A DNA stretch of 36,473 nt, taken from a virus. Taxonomy: Duplodnaviria > Caudoviricetes. The DNA lies in the IMG/VR virus record IMGVR_UViG_3300032259_000010, positions 1 to 36,473 of that record. One strand, given 5' to 3'. The notes under the pieces are model-generated. The model saw only the letters and a program-made list of their open reading frames with translations, made no database searches and was not told where the DNA came from. How positions within the stretch are numbered: position 1 is the stretch's first letter; the number at the start of each line of letters is the position of its first letter. This document shows, piece after piece, positions 1 to 7,981 of this stretch. Both the position numbers and the translations under genes were made by a program.

Positions 1-127
1 TGTCGCAAGCAATCGAGTTCACTGTGGCAGCTGATGTCACAGGGAACATGGACGTTAGAATAGATTGGGAAAACCCCAATCTATAACATAAAAGGAGTAG
101 GAGAAAAGAAATGAAATGAAAATAGAG
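1..127. repeat. Terminal direct repeat, copy 1 (circular assembly overlap)
   Basis: Identical to 36347-36473. It cuts through the ORF 36100-36432 and the start of ORF 116-883, so the molecule is circular or circularly permuted. Confidence 0.95.
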
Positions 128-883
128 ATAACATTAGAAGAGCTTATTAAACAGAACCCCTCCTTAATCGAACAGATTAAGGAGATGGGGAATGATTGGA
201 GCTGCAAGCAAATAAAGCAGTTCACCATAAATAAACTTACCAGCTTCAATATGATTTATATTGAACCTGGGAAGTTCATGATGGGCTCGCCTTCCGGTGA
301 GCCAGGAAGGTTTAGCAACGAAACACAGCACGAAGTGGTGTTAACCCAAGGCTTCTACATGGCTGAAACGGCTTGCACACAAGAACTGTGGGAAGCCGTA
401 ATGGGGGATAACCCCAGTGCATTTGAAGGCTTACAGAACCCTGTTGATTCTGTGAGTTGGGAGGATGCTATTAAGTTTATAGAGAAGCTCAACCGCATCA
501 CAGGACAGTCATTCCGCCTTCCTACAGAGGCGGAATGGGAATACTCTTGTCGGGCTGGCACGGATACGCCTTTTTCCTTCGGTGGTTATGGCGGCGAAGA
601 AGGTGAGTACAGGGAAAGAACCGTCCCTGTAAAAACATTCCCCTGCAACCACTGGGGGTTGCATGGAATGCACGGGAATGTGGGGGAAATGTGCTCTGAC
701 TGGATTGGTAATTATCCGGAGGGATGTGTAGTTGACCCTGTTGGGCCATCTACTGGCTCTTGCCGTGTTATACGCGGCGGCAGTTGGTGCAACGACGGGA
801 GGAATGTACGCTCTGCCTATCGTCTCTGCAACAGGCCTGATAAACGCAGCAGCTTCTACGGCTTCCGCCTTGTGCTGGGATAG
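116..883 (+). CDS. FGE-sulfatase (SUMF1-like, C-type lectin fold) domain protein with a DGR-target-like C-terminus
   Basis: Motifs IEPGKFMMGS, RLPTEAEWEYSCRAG, GLHGMHGNV and RVIRGGSW...RSAYR...YGFRLV; AGGAG upstream. Confidence 0.92.
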   Translation: MKIEITLEELIKQNPSLIEQIKEMGNDWSCKQIKQFTINKLTSFNMIYIEPGKFMMGSPSGEPGRFSNETQHEVVLTQGFYMAETACTQELWEAVMGDNPSAFEGLQNPVDSVSWEDAIKFIEKLNRITGQSFRLPTEAEWEYSCRAGTDTPFSFGGYGGEEGEYRERTVPVKTFPCNHWGLHGMHGNVGEMCSDWIGNYPEGCVVDPVGPSTGSCRVIRGGSWCNDGRNVRSAYRLCNRPDKRSSFYGFRLVLG

Positions 884-903
884 GCTCAGGAGAACAAGGA
901 TAA

Positions 904-942
904 TTTCACACACGGCCGCCTTCGGGCGGCCATAACTAGGAG
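904..942 (+). repeat. Intergenic cassette element, type A (UUCG hairpin plus RBS)
   Basis: TTTCACACAC-GGCCGCC-TTCG-GGCGGCC-ATAACT-AGGAG; stem 914-920/925-931. Confidence 0.9.
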
Positions 943-949
943 TAAAGAA

Positions 950-1534
950 ATGTATATCGACGAAATGATAACCAAGATACACATCAAGCTCTATCGTAGA
1001 GATTCGGCTCTACGTAGAATCGAAGATGCTGAAGAAAGGCTTTGTCTTTCATCAAAGGAACACAAGGAAGAACAAAGGTTGCTAATTCGCGCTACCAAGC
1101 GCGAACTGGCCTTCATCACCAACTATTGTAAGAGCTTCTTGCGGCTCTTGCAATCAAAAAAAGACCACTCGGTCAGGAGCATAAACTACTGGCCGGATGA
1201 TGTGCTAAATCTCCGTTCCCGCGGGATACCCGCGGACAGAATGGAAAAAACGCTATGGAAACACCTAGAGAGAATAGATGAGATAGGGTGGAATTTACCC
1301 CCCCATCTCCCTGCGGAAAGGAGAAATATCTTTGTACGCCTTAAGGAATACAAGATGATGAAGCTAGAAGAACAGCTCTCTGCGAACTCTCGCCTGAAAG
1401 CAGGCGAGAGAGTCCGCGTTAGAGAAGAATGCGGGGGATACTCCGCCTACATAACCGGAGGAGGCGGAATATGGGGAGAATTCAGGACAAGGTCTTTAAC
1501 GGCCTTGATTGAACTGACAACTACTGGCAAATAA
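950..1534 (+). CDS. Hypothetical protein (early cassette)
   Basis: 194-aa ORF with AGGAG 7 nt upstream, bounded by repeat elements. Confidence 0.8.
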   Translation: MYIDEMITKIHIKLYRRDSALRRIEDAEERLCLSSKEHKEEQRLLIRATKRELAFITNYCKSFLRLLQSKKDHSVRSINYWPDDVLNLRSRGIPADRMEKTLWKHLERIDEIGWNLPPHLPAERRNIFVRLKEYKMMKLEEQLSANSRLKAGERVRVREECGGYSAYITGGGGIWGEFRTRSLTALIELTTTGK

Positions 1535-1555
1535 GGAGTTCTTCACCTACTATCC

Positions 1556-1585
1556 GGCCCGCCTTCGGGCGACCATAACTAGGAG
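1556..1585 (+). repeat. Intergenic cassette element, type A (slightly degenerate)
   Basis: GGCCCGCC-TTCG-GGCGACC-ATAACT-AGGAG. Confidence 0.88.
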
Positions 1586-1593
1586 ATAATAAA

Positions 1594-1866
1594 ATGGCAA
1601 GTGGAGCAGCAGTGGCAGCTATTGCCACCACAACAAACGCGATATCCGCCGCCAACTTAGGGGCACATGGTGGTGGTGGTGGTGTTTTTGAACCCTCAGG
1701 CTTAGCGTATGTCATGCTATATCTGGCATTGACATACCTGAGCCTGAGCTCATGGTTTGACGATAAGTACGATTATGGGGATATGCTCTTGAGAAGGGTA
1801 TGCTACTACCTTGCGGGGGTGTCCACAATAGGTGGTGTAGGTGCGCTATTGCTAGCGCGCCTATAA
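1594..1866 (+). CDS. Small membrane protein with two predicted TM helices (early cassette)
   Basis: Hydrophobic stretches LAYVMLYLALTYLSL and YYLAGVSTIGGVGALLLA; RBS supplied by the repeat. Confidence 0.75.
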   Translation: MASGAAVAAIATTTNAISAANLGAHGGGGGVFEPSGLAYVMLYLALTYLSLSSWFDDKYDYGDMLLRRVCYYLAGVSTIGGVGALLLARL

Positions 1867-1870
1867 GCTG

Positions 1871-1916
1871 TTCACACAACAGCCCGCCACATTGTGTGGT
1901 GGGCCACAACTAGGGA
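1871..1916 (+). repeat. Intergenic cassette element, type B
   Basis: TTCACACAACA-GCCCGCCACA-TTG-TGTGGTGGGC-CACAACTAGGGAG; near-identical to 35634-35680. Confidence 0.88.
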
Positions 1917-1923
1917 GAGAGAT

Positions 1924-2059
1924 ACTTTGGGGAGAAAAGAAGCCAGTGGGCTCATTTCTCCCCCGAGTTAGAGCCCTCATAAAAGAGGGCGAAGAAAAGC
2001 TCAAGGAGGCGAAAAAATACCGCCTCCTCTCACCCAGGGTGGTGAGGTAGAGACTAACT
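1924..2059 (+). ncRNA. Putative structured non-coding RNA (hairpin plus four-way junction)
   Basis: Stems 1929-1937/1955-1963, 1966-1971/2054-2059, 1973-1978/1985-1990, 2004-2011/2021-2028 and 2029-2034/2041-2046; no convincing ORF; followed directly by a terminator. Confidence 0.5.
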
Positions 2060-2060
2060 G

Positions 2061-2102
2061 AAAAAAGCCATGCTTGTTTTTTATACGAGCATGGCTTTTT
2101 TT
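2061..2102. terminator. Bidirectional intrinsic terminator ending the early cassette operon
   Basis: AAAAAAGCCATGCTTGT...ACGAGCATGGCTTTTTTT. Confidence 0.85.
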
Positions 2103-2109
2103 ATTTTCC

Positions 2110-2137
2110 TTGACAAGTAAACGTAAACGTTTACAAT
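2110..2137 (+). promoter_or_regulatory. Sigma70-like promoter with an overlapping operator
   Basis: TTGACA-16 nt-TACAAT; contains GTAAAC twice in tandem and the palindrome GTAAACGTTTAC (2123-2134). Confidence 0.8.
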
Positions 2138-2155
2138 ACAAGCAAGGAGGTAAAA

Positions 2156-2683
2156 ATGAAGGTTCTATCAATTGACCCAGGGCCGACATGCGGCGTGGTT
2201 CTGGTAGAAAAAATCAAGAATGGTTGTATCCGAAGATACAAAGACATTCTTGATGAAGCGGATATACCAAAAGACCGCTTCATAAGTCTCATTCCCTCAC
2301 TAGTAGGGTTGGATACCATGGTACTTATTGAGAATATAAGCAACTATGGGCACCCTGTAGGGAAAGATGTTTTTGACACTGTAAGGCTAATTGGGTACTT
2401 GCAGTGTTGCTTTCATAGCATAGGAAAAGAAGTCAGGCTATACAACAGAAAGGATATAGTATATGCCTTGACAGGTACAAGGACAGCAAAAGACTCCTTT
2501 ATGTACAAGTATTTAAGGGGTCTTCTCGGTGTCCTTGGTAACTGCTACGTAAAAAAGGACTGTAGAGGTTGCGGACAGAGCCAATGCCCGATGCACGGCC
2601 TGAAGAACGATTCAAGGGCGGCTCTGGCTCTGGCTGTGGCATACTTGGAGAATCCAAACTTAAAGGAGTATGAAACATCATGA
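2156..2683 (+). CDS. RuvC-like Holliday junction resolvase (phage type) with a Cys-rich insert
   Basis: N-terminal VLSIDPG, VLIE, YGHPVGKDVFDT and C-terminal NDSRAALALA; AAGGAGG RBS. Confidence 0.75.
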   Translation: MKVLSIDPGPTCGVVLVEKIKNGCIRRYKDILDEADIPKDRFISLIPSLVGLDTMVLIENISNYGHPVGKDVFDTVRLIGYLQCCFHSIGKEVRLYNRKDIVYALTGTRTAKDSFMYKYLRGLLGVLGNCYVKKDCRGCGQSQCPMHGLKNDSRAALALAVAYLENPNLKEYETS

Positions 2684-2826
2684 AAAGACAAATGATAGTT
2701 CTTTCGACAAGAGTTCCGAAAGAACTAAAGAGGGCGGTCATAAGGGCCGCCCGCAAAGAAAAAGTAACGCCTTCGGCATACGTGGCAAAGGTGCTGAAGG
2801 AAGCAATAGAAGGAGAAAACAAGTGA
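2680..2826 (+). CDS. Ribbon-helix-helix (CopG/Arc-like) DNA-binding protein, 48 aa (not in the ORF track)
   Basis: MKRQMIVLSTRVPKELKRAVIRAARKEKVTPSAYVAKVLKEAIEGENK; ATGA overlap with the resolvase stop, GTGA overlap with the next gene, AAGGAG upstream. Confidence 0.75.
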   Translation: MKRQMIVLSTRVPKELKRAVIRAARKEKVTPSAYVAKVLKEAIEGENK

Positions 2827-3176
2827 AAGAAAGGTTGACAGACCCTTTCCTAAGCTCTTGTACTGAGCTTGCAAGGAGAAGGCTTAACAGGGGTGAAGCA
2901 ACAATGCCGGAAGAGCATTGTGAGGTAGTAACTGCCTTGGTAAAAGAGGTACTTTACTACAAAGAAAAGCTATCTGGCCACCATGAGGCCGTGCAGTTAA
3001 ACACGGCCCTTGAGGACAAATTAAGCTGGTTGACCGCGGAGATAGAAAACCAAAAAAGCACCATTAGGCGCATAAGCGCCGACATGGAAGAAACAAGAAA
3101 GGAGGTAAAGCGTTACCATAAAGACTGTGCTCTTCACACGGAAGAAGAGTGCAAAAAGATGTTGCGGGCCGGTTGA
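2823..3176 (+). CDS. Coiled-coil hypothetical protein (probable true start of track ORF 2670-3176)
   Basis: GTG start with AAGGAG upstream; heptad-like C-terminal half. Confidence 0.65.
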   Translation: MKERLTDPFLSSCTELARRRLNRGEATMPEEHCEVVTALVKEVLYYKEKLSGHHEAVQLNTALEDKLSWLTAEIENQKSTIRRISADMEETRKEVKRYHKDCALHTEEECKKMLRAG

Positions 3177-3192
3177 CTAGGCCGGCCCACAA
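3162..3192 (+). promoter_or_regulatory. GC-rich intergenic hairpin without a U-tract
   Basis: GGGCCGGTT-GACTA-GGCCGGCCC; a second, weaker hairpin follows at about 3208-3238. Confidence 0.55.
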
Positions 3193-3265
3193 GAAGAAGA
3201 GATTGAAACCCATTATAACAGGAATGTGTATTATGGGTCAAACAGTGTGGTTTAAGGGGTAGTCA

Positions 3266-4321
3266 ATGAAATTTTATAGAACAAACGAGCAATCAAAAGA
3301 CAAGGGTATTAGCTTGTTGATATACGGCCCTTCTGGTATAGGAAAAACGTATTGTGTCGGAACGCTACCGGAAGGTAGCTCTCTCTTTGTAGATACAGAC
3401 AAAGGGAACGAAACTTTAATAAGCAAAAATCACTGCGCAGTTGGAGACATAGAAGGCGTAGAGGACTTGCAGAAACTTTATGAAGCCCTTTATTACAAAA
3501 GAAAGGGCTTCGAAGGATTTAAGAACATCATAATAGACTCTGTTTCTGAGCTAGAAAAAGACCTTCAGCAGAAGAGAAAAGAAAAAAAGAACAAGGCTTT
3601 TATGTCAATGAAGGAATACGCAGAAAGCGCGGAACAGATAAGAGAATACATAAGAAAGTTCCGCAAGCTTGTGTTTAAAGGATACAACGTGTTCTTTACC
3701 TGTCTTGAGATGCAAAAAGAAAGGATTGTTGACGGGGAAGTTATTCACACCAGATCTGTTCCCCAAACATCAAAGAGGTTTTATGAAGAGCTATGTTCTC
3801 TGTTTGACGGGGTTGCGTTAATACAGGCAAACCGACAAGGACAAAGAATCCTGAACTTTACTACAAGTAATGACTTTATGTCTAAAACAAGGTTTCAGGG
3901 GATAAAAGGACAAGAAACATCAGACCTTCAAGTCCTTATTACAAAAATAGAAGAAGGAAGGAAGGTAAAAGCACAATCGGAGCCAAACAAAGAAGAAGGC
4001 AAAAAAGAAGAGAAGAGAGAGCCACAAGGAAAAACCATGACCGAAATAGCGAAGGGAGAAAAAAAAACAGAGGCGCTTACGCCTGCGACCAAAAAAGAGC
4101 TCATAGATAAACTCATAGAGCTACATGACCCCAAGAGAAACTTTGAGACACTGGAGCCATTGAGTGACGAGGTACAGGATACGATAATGGCATGTACGGA
4201 TGGTGGTTTTAGCTCATGCAAAACACTGTTTAGCGCGAATAGCGAATCTATTGTTAGAGATGTTATTCGCCTTGTTAATAACAAAATTCACAAGGAGAGA
4301 ATAAAGAACAGTGAAAAATAA
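3266..4321 (+). CDS. Sak4-like / AAA_24 phage recombinase ATPase
   Basis: LLIYGPSGIGKT Walker A, FVDTDKG and IIIDSVSE Walker B; next to a Cas4-like nuclease, with SSB in the same arm. Confidence 0.8.
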   Translation: MKFYRTNEQSKDKGISLLIYGPSGIGKTYCVGTLPEGSSLFVDTDKGNETLISKNHCAVGDIEGVEDLQKLYEALYYKRKGFEGFKNIIIDSVSELEKDLQQKRKEKKNKAFMSMKEYAESAEQIREYIRKFRKLVFKGYNVFFTCLEMQKERIVDGEVIHTRSVPQTSKRFYEELCSLFDGVALIQANRQGQRILNFTTSNDFMSKTRFQGIKGQETSDLQVLITKIEEGRKVKAQSEPNKEEGKKEEKREPQGKTMTEIAKGEKKTEALTPATKKELIDKLIELHDPKRNFETLEPLSDEVQDTIMACTDGGFSSCKTLFSANSESIVRDVIRLVNNKIHKERIKNSEK

Positions 4322-5225
4322 ACTCCAAGAGAATTCTATAAAACAACAGCTTCCCAAGGACTATATAAGCGTAGCCCAGCTTAACGCCATGTATAAGTGC
4401 GGAGAGTTTTACAGGCAGCGCTATGTTAAGGGGAAGCCCTTTAAAAGCAACATACGTATGGTTATCGGGAATGCCGTCCACCTTTACGCGAAAAAGCTTA
4501 TCCAGGGAGAATTAAAGGCCCCTGAGAAGACGTTACAGGAGACGGGGCAGGGGCTTTACTTGTTATCCCGTGATGAACTCTCGGAACTGCTGCTTGATGA
4601 GGTACTCACGGAAAGAGAAGAAGACTTTGATTATGCGCTCAAAAAGATTATGACCCCGGAAGAGTGGAAAGACAAAATAGCGACATTGGATTACATGACA
4701 GAGCGTGTGTCCATTTACTGTGAATTGTACAAGGATGAAATATACCCGCGGTTTAAAGACACAACCCCCATAGCGGAACTGGATGCAAACACACAACTTG
4801 ATACAGGTGACGGGTACCCTATTACCATCTTTGGCAAGCTTGATATTGTCATGCCTGGCGTGGGATTCCGTGACCTCAAAGTCATGGGTAAGAAACCTGC
4901 CGCCGGTGTTGCTGACGCTTCCCTTCAATTTACCTCATATGCGTACTGGTGGTACAAGAAGCAAGGCGTTATACCGGAAATCTACCAGGACACTATTGTT
5001 GGCGGTAAGAAGAAAATCTACGCAATGGAGCCTATAAAGACGGTGCGTACATTTGAGCACCTACAGGCGTATGAAAAAAGACTCGAGGTTTTTATAAGGG
5101 CCATTCTCAATAAAAGTTATCTTCCTGCCGGCCCTGATAATTGGTGGTGCGGGCCGGGTAAGTGTGACTTTGCAGGGGAGTGTATGTATGTGTGTAATCC
5201 CGAAACGATAAAGGAGGTGGCGTGA
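4311..5225 (+). CDS. PD-(D/E)XK Cas4/AddB-like exonuclease
   Basis: ISVAQL..YKC, GNAVH, GKLD...RDLK, Q..SY and C-terminal WWC...CDF...C Fe-S-type cysteines. Confidence 0.8.
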   Translation: MKNKLQENSIKQQLPKDYISVAQLNAMYKCGEFYRQRYVKGKPFKSNIRMVIGNAVHLYAKKLIQGELKAPEKTLQETGQGLYLLSRDELSELLLDEVLTEREEDFDYALKKIMTPEEWKDKIATLDYMTERVSIYCELYKDEIYPRFKDTTPIAELDANTQLDTGDGYPITIFGKLDIVMPGVGFRDLKVMGKKPAAGVADASLQFTSYAYWWYKKQGVIPEIYQDTIVGGKKKIYAMEPIKTVRTFEHLQAYEKRLEVFIRAILNKSYLPAGPDNWWCGPGKCDFAGECMYVCNPETIKEVA

Positions 5226-5785
5226 ACAAAGTAATATACATTGATATTGAGACAACGGGCCTTACAGAGAAGCACGGCCTTATACAGTTGTCCGGAATCA
5301 TCGTCATTGATGACGAGGTAAAAGAAGAGTTTGATTTTAGAGTACAGCCTTTCAAGTGTGACTTGATAAGCAGCCAGGCGTTAGAGGTGACAGGTGTAAA
5401 ACAAGAAGACCTGGATAAAGCACCGTATGAACCTCCTGCTGTTGTTCATAGCCGGTTTCTTGAGCTTCTCGGAAGGTACGTTGATAAGTTCGACAAGACC
5501 GATAAATTTTTCTTTATTGGTTATAACGCCGCCTTTGATATGCAGAAGCTACGAGAGTTCTTCCAGAAGAACAATGATAACTATATCGGCTCTTGGTTCT
5601 GGTTCCCATACATCGATGTCATGACGCTGGCCGCACAGAAGCTTAAGTCAGAGCGTCATAAAATGGATAATTTCAAGCTTTTCACGGTTGCCCGTAAGCT
5701 CGGACTTGAGGTTGACGAAAGCAAACTACACAACTCTATGTATGACATAGAGCTAACAAAGGAGGTATACAGCCGTGTCCGTTGA
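5222..5785 (+). CDS. DEDDh 3'-5' exonuclease (DnaQ-like)
   Basis: YIDIETTGL, GYNAAFD and LHNSMYDI. Confidence 0.92.
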   Translation: MNKVIYIDIETTGLTEKHGLIQLSGIIVIDDEVKEEFDFRVQPFKCDLISSQALEVTGVKQEDLDKAPYEPPAVVHSRFLELLGRYVDKFDKTDKFFFIGYNAAFDMQKLREFFQKNNDNYIGSWFWFPYIDVMTLAAQKLKSERHKMDNFKLFTVARKLGLEVDESKLHNSMYDIELTKEVYSRVR

Positions 5786-6143
5786 CGACTACCCAGAGGA
5801 TAACCGGCCTGAATGGATACCGCCGTGCACAAGGGACGGCGAACCCTGCGAAAACCTTAACATAAAACAAGAGTACTGCCTTATTCATCAGTATTCGGTG
5901 AACGGGCGGTATGAAAACGAAGACCCAAGGGAAGGCAACTACGACTTCCCATGTAGCGACTACAACAAGTCGCCACAGAACACCGTTGATTCAGACGGTG
6001 AAGGGGATGTGGTTATCTATATCGAGACAAGCGAACACAAAAGCACAAGTCTCGATATAGAGATAGCAGAGATACTTAGACTCTTCCCCCAACTCGAAAA
6101 AGAGCCTGGGGTATGGGAATTAACTCTAAAGAGAAAGGAATAA
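5775..6143 (+). CDS. Hypothetical protein
   Basis: GTG start with AAGGAGG; coupled to the upstream gene. Confidence 0.65.
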   Translation: MSVDDYPEDNRPEWIPPCTRDGEPCENLNIKQEYCLIHQYSVNGRYENEDPREGNYDFPCSDYNKSPQNTVDSDGEGDVVIYIETSEHKSTSLDIEIAEILRLFPQLEKEPGVWELTLKRKE

Positions 6144-6146
6144 GGA

Positions 6147-7412
6147 ATGAGCGACAACGTAAAAATTCACAGATTATCAGTAAGTAACTTCATGGCTGTA
6201 GAGGCCGTTGAGATTGAATTTGATAAAGGGGTTGCTATCGTTAGCGGCCCCAATGGAGCGGGGAAGAGCTGCGTAATAAACAGCCTTTCAACCCTGTTTA
6301 TGGGGAAAAAGGCCACGCCGAGCAATGCCGTTAAGAGCGGGACAAAAGAAGCACTGATAAGTGCGGCTTGCAGCTCGTCCGAACTTGGCGACTTCGTTGT
6401 CACCAAGAAGATAAAAGAAAGCGGTAACGAGTACCTAACAATAACCACCAAAATTGGTGCCAAATATACCAGCCCTCAAAAGCTGCTTGATGGCTTCCTT
6501 GATGTGTTATCTTTTGACCCGCTGGCTTTTAGCGAGATGAGGCCGCCTCAACAAAGAGCATTGCTGATTAAGCACTTTGTAGACGGCATTGACCTCGATG
6601 CTCTGGCAGAAGAAAGAAAAAGCTACTACTCTGAAAGAACGCTGCTTAATAAGCAGATGGCTACAGAGAGAGAGCGACTCAATATAATGCCAAAGCCGGA
6701 AGAGGTTGAAGAGGTTGAAGAGGTTGACATTCAAGAAACCTTGGCCTCACTGGAAGCCAAGAGAAAAAACAATAGGTACAGAGAATGTCAAATACAAGAA
6801 ATGGCATCCCTGCAATCCGACATAAACACCTTTGACAAAGAAAGGAAGCGCCTAGAAGAAGAGCTTAAAACCCTGATTGAGAGCAGGAAAGAAGCGACTC
6901 AAAGCTGGCTTAATGTTAAGTCTAGCCTCACAGAAGAGGAAGACGTAACAGATGAAGAAGAAAAGCTCAGTAACGCCCAGGCAATCAACAGGAAGGCGGC
7001 AGAAATAAGAGGGCAAATCAAGGCCCATATGAAACAAGCGGAGGTCGTTGAAAAGCTTGAAAAACAAAGAGACTTCTGGTCAACCTCAATAGAAGGAGTT
7101 GACCTAAGAAAAGAACAGGCGCTGAAACGCTCCACAATCCCCGTTGAGGGCTTAACCGTCACAGATGACGGGGTTCTATATAACGGTCTTCCGTTCGAAC
7201 AGGAATGTGAAAGCGGGCGAATAATCATAGGGGTTAAGATTGCAGCAGCAATAAATCCCACGCTTAAGCTTATCAGAATAGAACGGGGGAGCGCGCTTGA
7301 CAGCAGCAACCTCAAGAAGCTTTCCAAGGAGATTAAAGAGCTTGGGTTTGCCGGAATAATAGAAGTGGTAAAAGACACAGAATCCGGCGGAATAGAAATC
7401 ACGGAGGGGTAA
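6147..7412 (+). CDS. SMC/RecN/SbcC-like ATPase with a coiled coil
   Basis: VSNF..VE, SGPNGAGKS Walker A, long coiled coil and a degenerate C-terminal IRIERGSALD. Confidence 0.85.
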   Translation: MSDNVKIHRLSVSNFMAVEAVEIEFDKGVAIVSGPNGAGKSCVINSLSTLFMGKKATPSNAVKSGTKEALISAACSSSELGDFVVTKKIKESGNEYLTITTKIGAKYTSPQKLLDGFLDVLSFDPLAFSEMRPPQQRALLIKHFVDGIDLDALAEERKSYYSERTLLNKQMATERERLNIMPKPEEVEEVEEVDIQETLASLEAKRKNNRYRECQIQEMASLQSDINTFDKERKRLEEELKTLIESRKEATQSWLNVKSSLTEEEDVTDEEEKLSNAQAINRKAAEIRGQIKAHMKQAEVVEKLEKQRDFWSTSIEGVDLRKEQALKRSTIPVEGLTVTDDGVLYNGLPFEQECESGRIIIGVKIAAAINPTLKLIRIERGSALDSSNLKKLSKEIKELGFAGIIEVVKDTESGGIEITEG

Positions 7413-7413
7413 A

Positions 7414-7542
7414 ATGCTGATAGGCGGCAAGGGGGGAAGGGTATACTTTTACCGCCTTTCCCCTATGAAGGTGCTTTATTTTATTCTAGCCCTTGCCACA
7501 TCAGGCTTGATGTGGTGGGGGATTTTGGAGCTAATATTTTAG
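7414..7542 (+). CDS. Possible 42-aa membrane peptide (not in the ORF track)
   Basis: MLIGGKGGRVYFYRLSPMKVLYFILALATSGLMWWGILELIF; GGAGG RBS; overlaps a strong hairpin resembling the type-B element. Confidence 0.45.
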   Translation: MLIGGKGGRVYFYRLSPMKVLYFILALATSGLMWWGILELIF

Positions 7543-7551
7543 GAGGTAATT

Positions 7552-7884
7552 ATGTCTCATCACACCGGCTTTGTGATTCTCGTATTGTTGGCTTTGGCTT
7601 GCATGGTTCTCTTTAGTAGAGCGTGGGTTCTAAGGGCTTTAGACGAAAGAGACCAGCGTATCTACAGAAATATAATAGTGCTGATTAACACGCAGCTTGC
7701 GGAAATCAGCTTAAAAGTAGCGATAATGGAGGCGAACGATGGATGTAACGGAGATTTTCTTAACAAGGGAGGAGAAGAGACAAGAGAAGCTGGTAAAGGG
7801 GTTAAACAGGAAGGAAGACGGGCAAGGATAGACAGAGACAAGTATGTCCTTAAGGGCAAATCTCCTTATAAAGCGAAATTTTGA
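7552..7884 (+). CDS. N-terminally membrane-anchored protein
   Basis: AGGAGG RBS; hydrophobic FVILVLLALACMVLF. Confidence 0.7.
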   Translation: MSHHTGFVILVLLALACMVLFSRAWVLRALDERDQRIYRNIIVLINTQLAEISLKVAIMEANDGCNGDFLNKGGEETREAGKGVKQEGRRARIDRDKYVLKGKSPYKAKF

Positions 7885-7981
7885 AACATATTTGACAGCA
7901 ATAAAGACCGTAACAAACAACAAAGAGAATACATCCTCAACAGGATAGATTCCGAAGCAGGGAAAGGAATATGGTGAAAAA

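Noticed and set aside
904-1916. Hairpin repeats as a CRISPR array or true integron attC sites
   Set aside because: The spacers are whole genes of unequal length, there is no cas operon or tyrosine recombinase, and there are no RYYYAAC/GTTRRRY core boxes around the stems.
1966-2059. Cloverleaf as a tRNA or known self-cleaving ribozyme
   Set aside because: There is no TTCRA T-loop, D-loop GG or CCA end, and no hammerhead CUGANGA/GAAA core. Kept only as an unknown structured RNA.
2670-2822. N-terminal part of the 168-aa track ORF
   Set aside because: It is an off-frame reading of the RHH gene. The downstream gene has its own RBS and GTG at 2823.
4311-5225. Cas4-like gene as evidence of a CRISPR-Cas system
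   Set aside because: Solo Cas4/AddB-like nucleases beside Sak4 are ordinary phage recombination genes.
7739-7981. Possible stop-codon readthrough or recoding (two in-frame GGA-TAG upstream of the Acb2/Tad1-like ORF; TGA at 7882 followed by 30 more open codons)
   Set aside because: TAG and TGA end well-defined genes elsewhere (ssb, FGE, terL, terS) and long conserved genes have no internal stops, so the standard code applies. A local nonsense mutation cannot be excluded.
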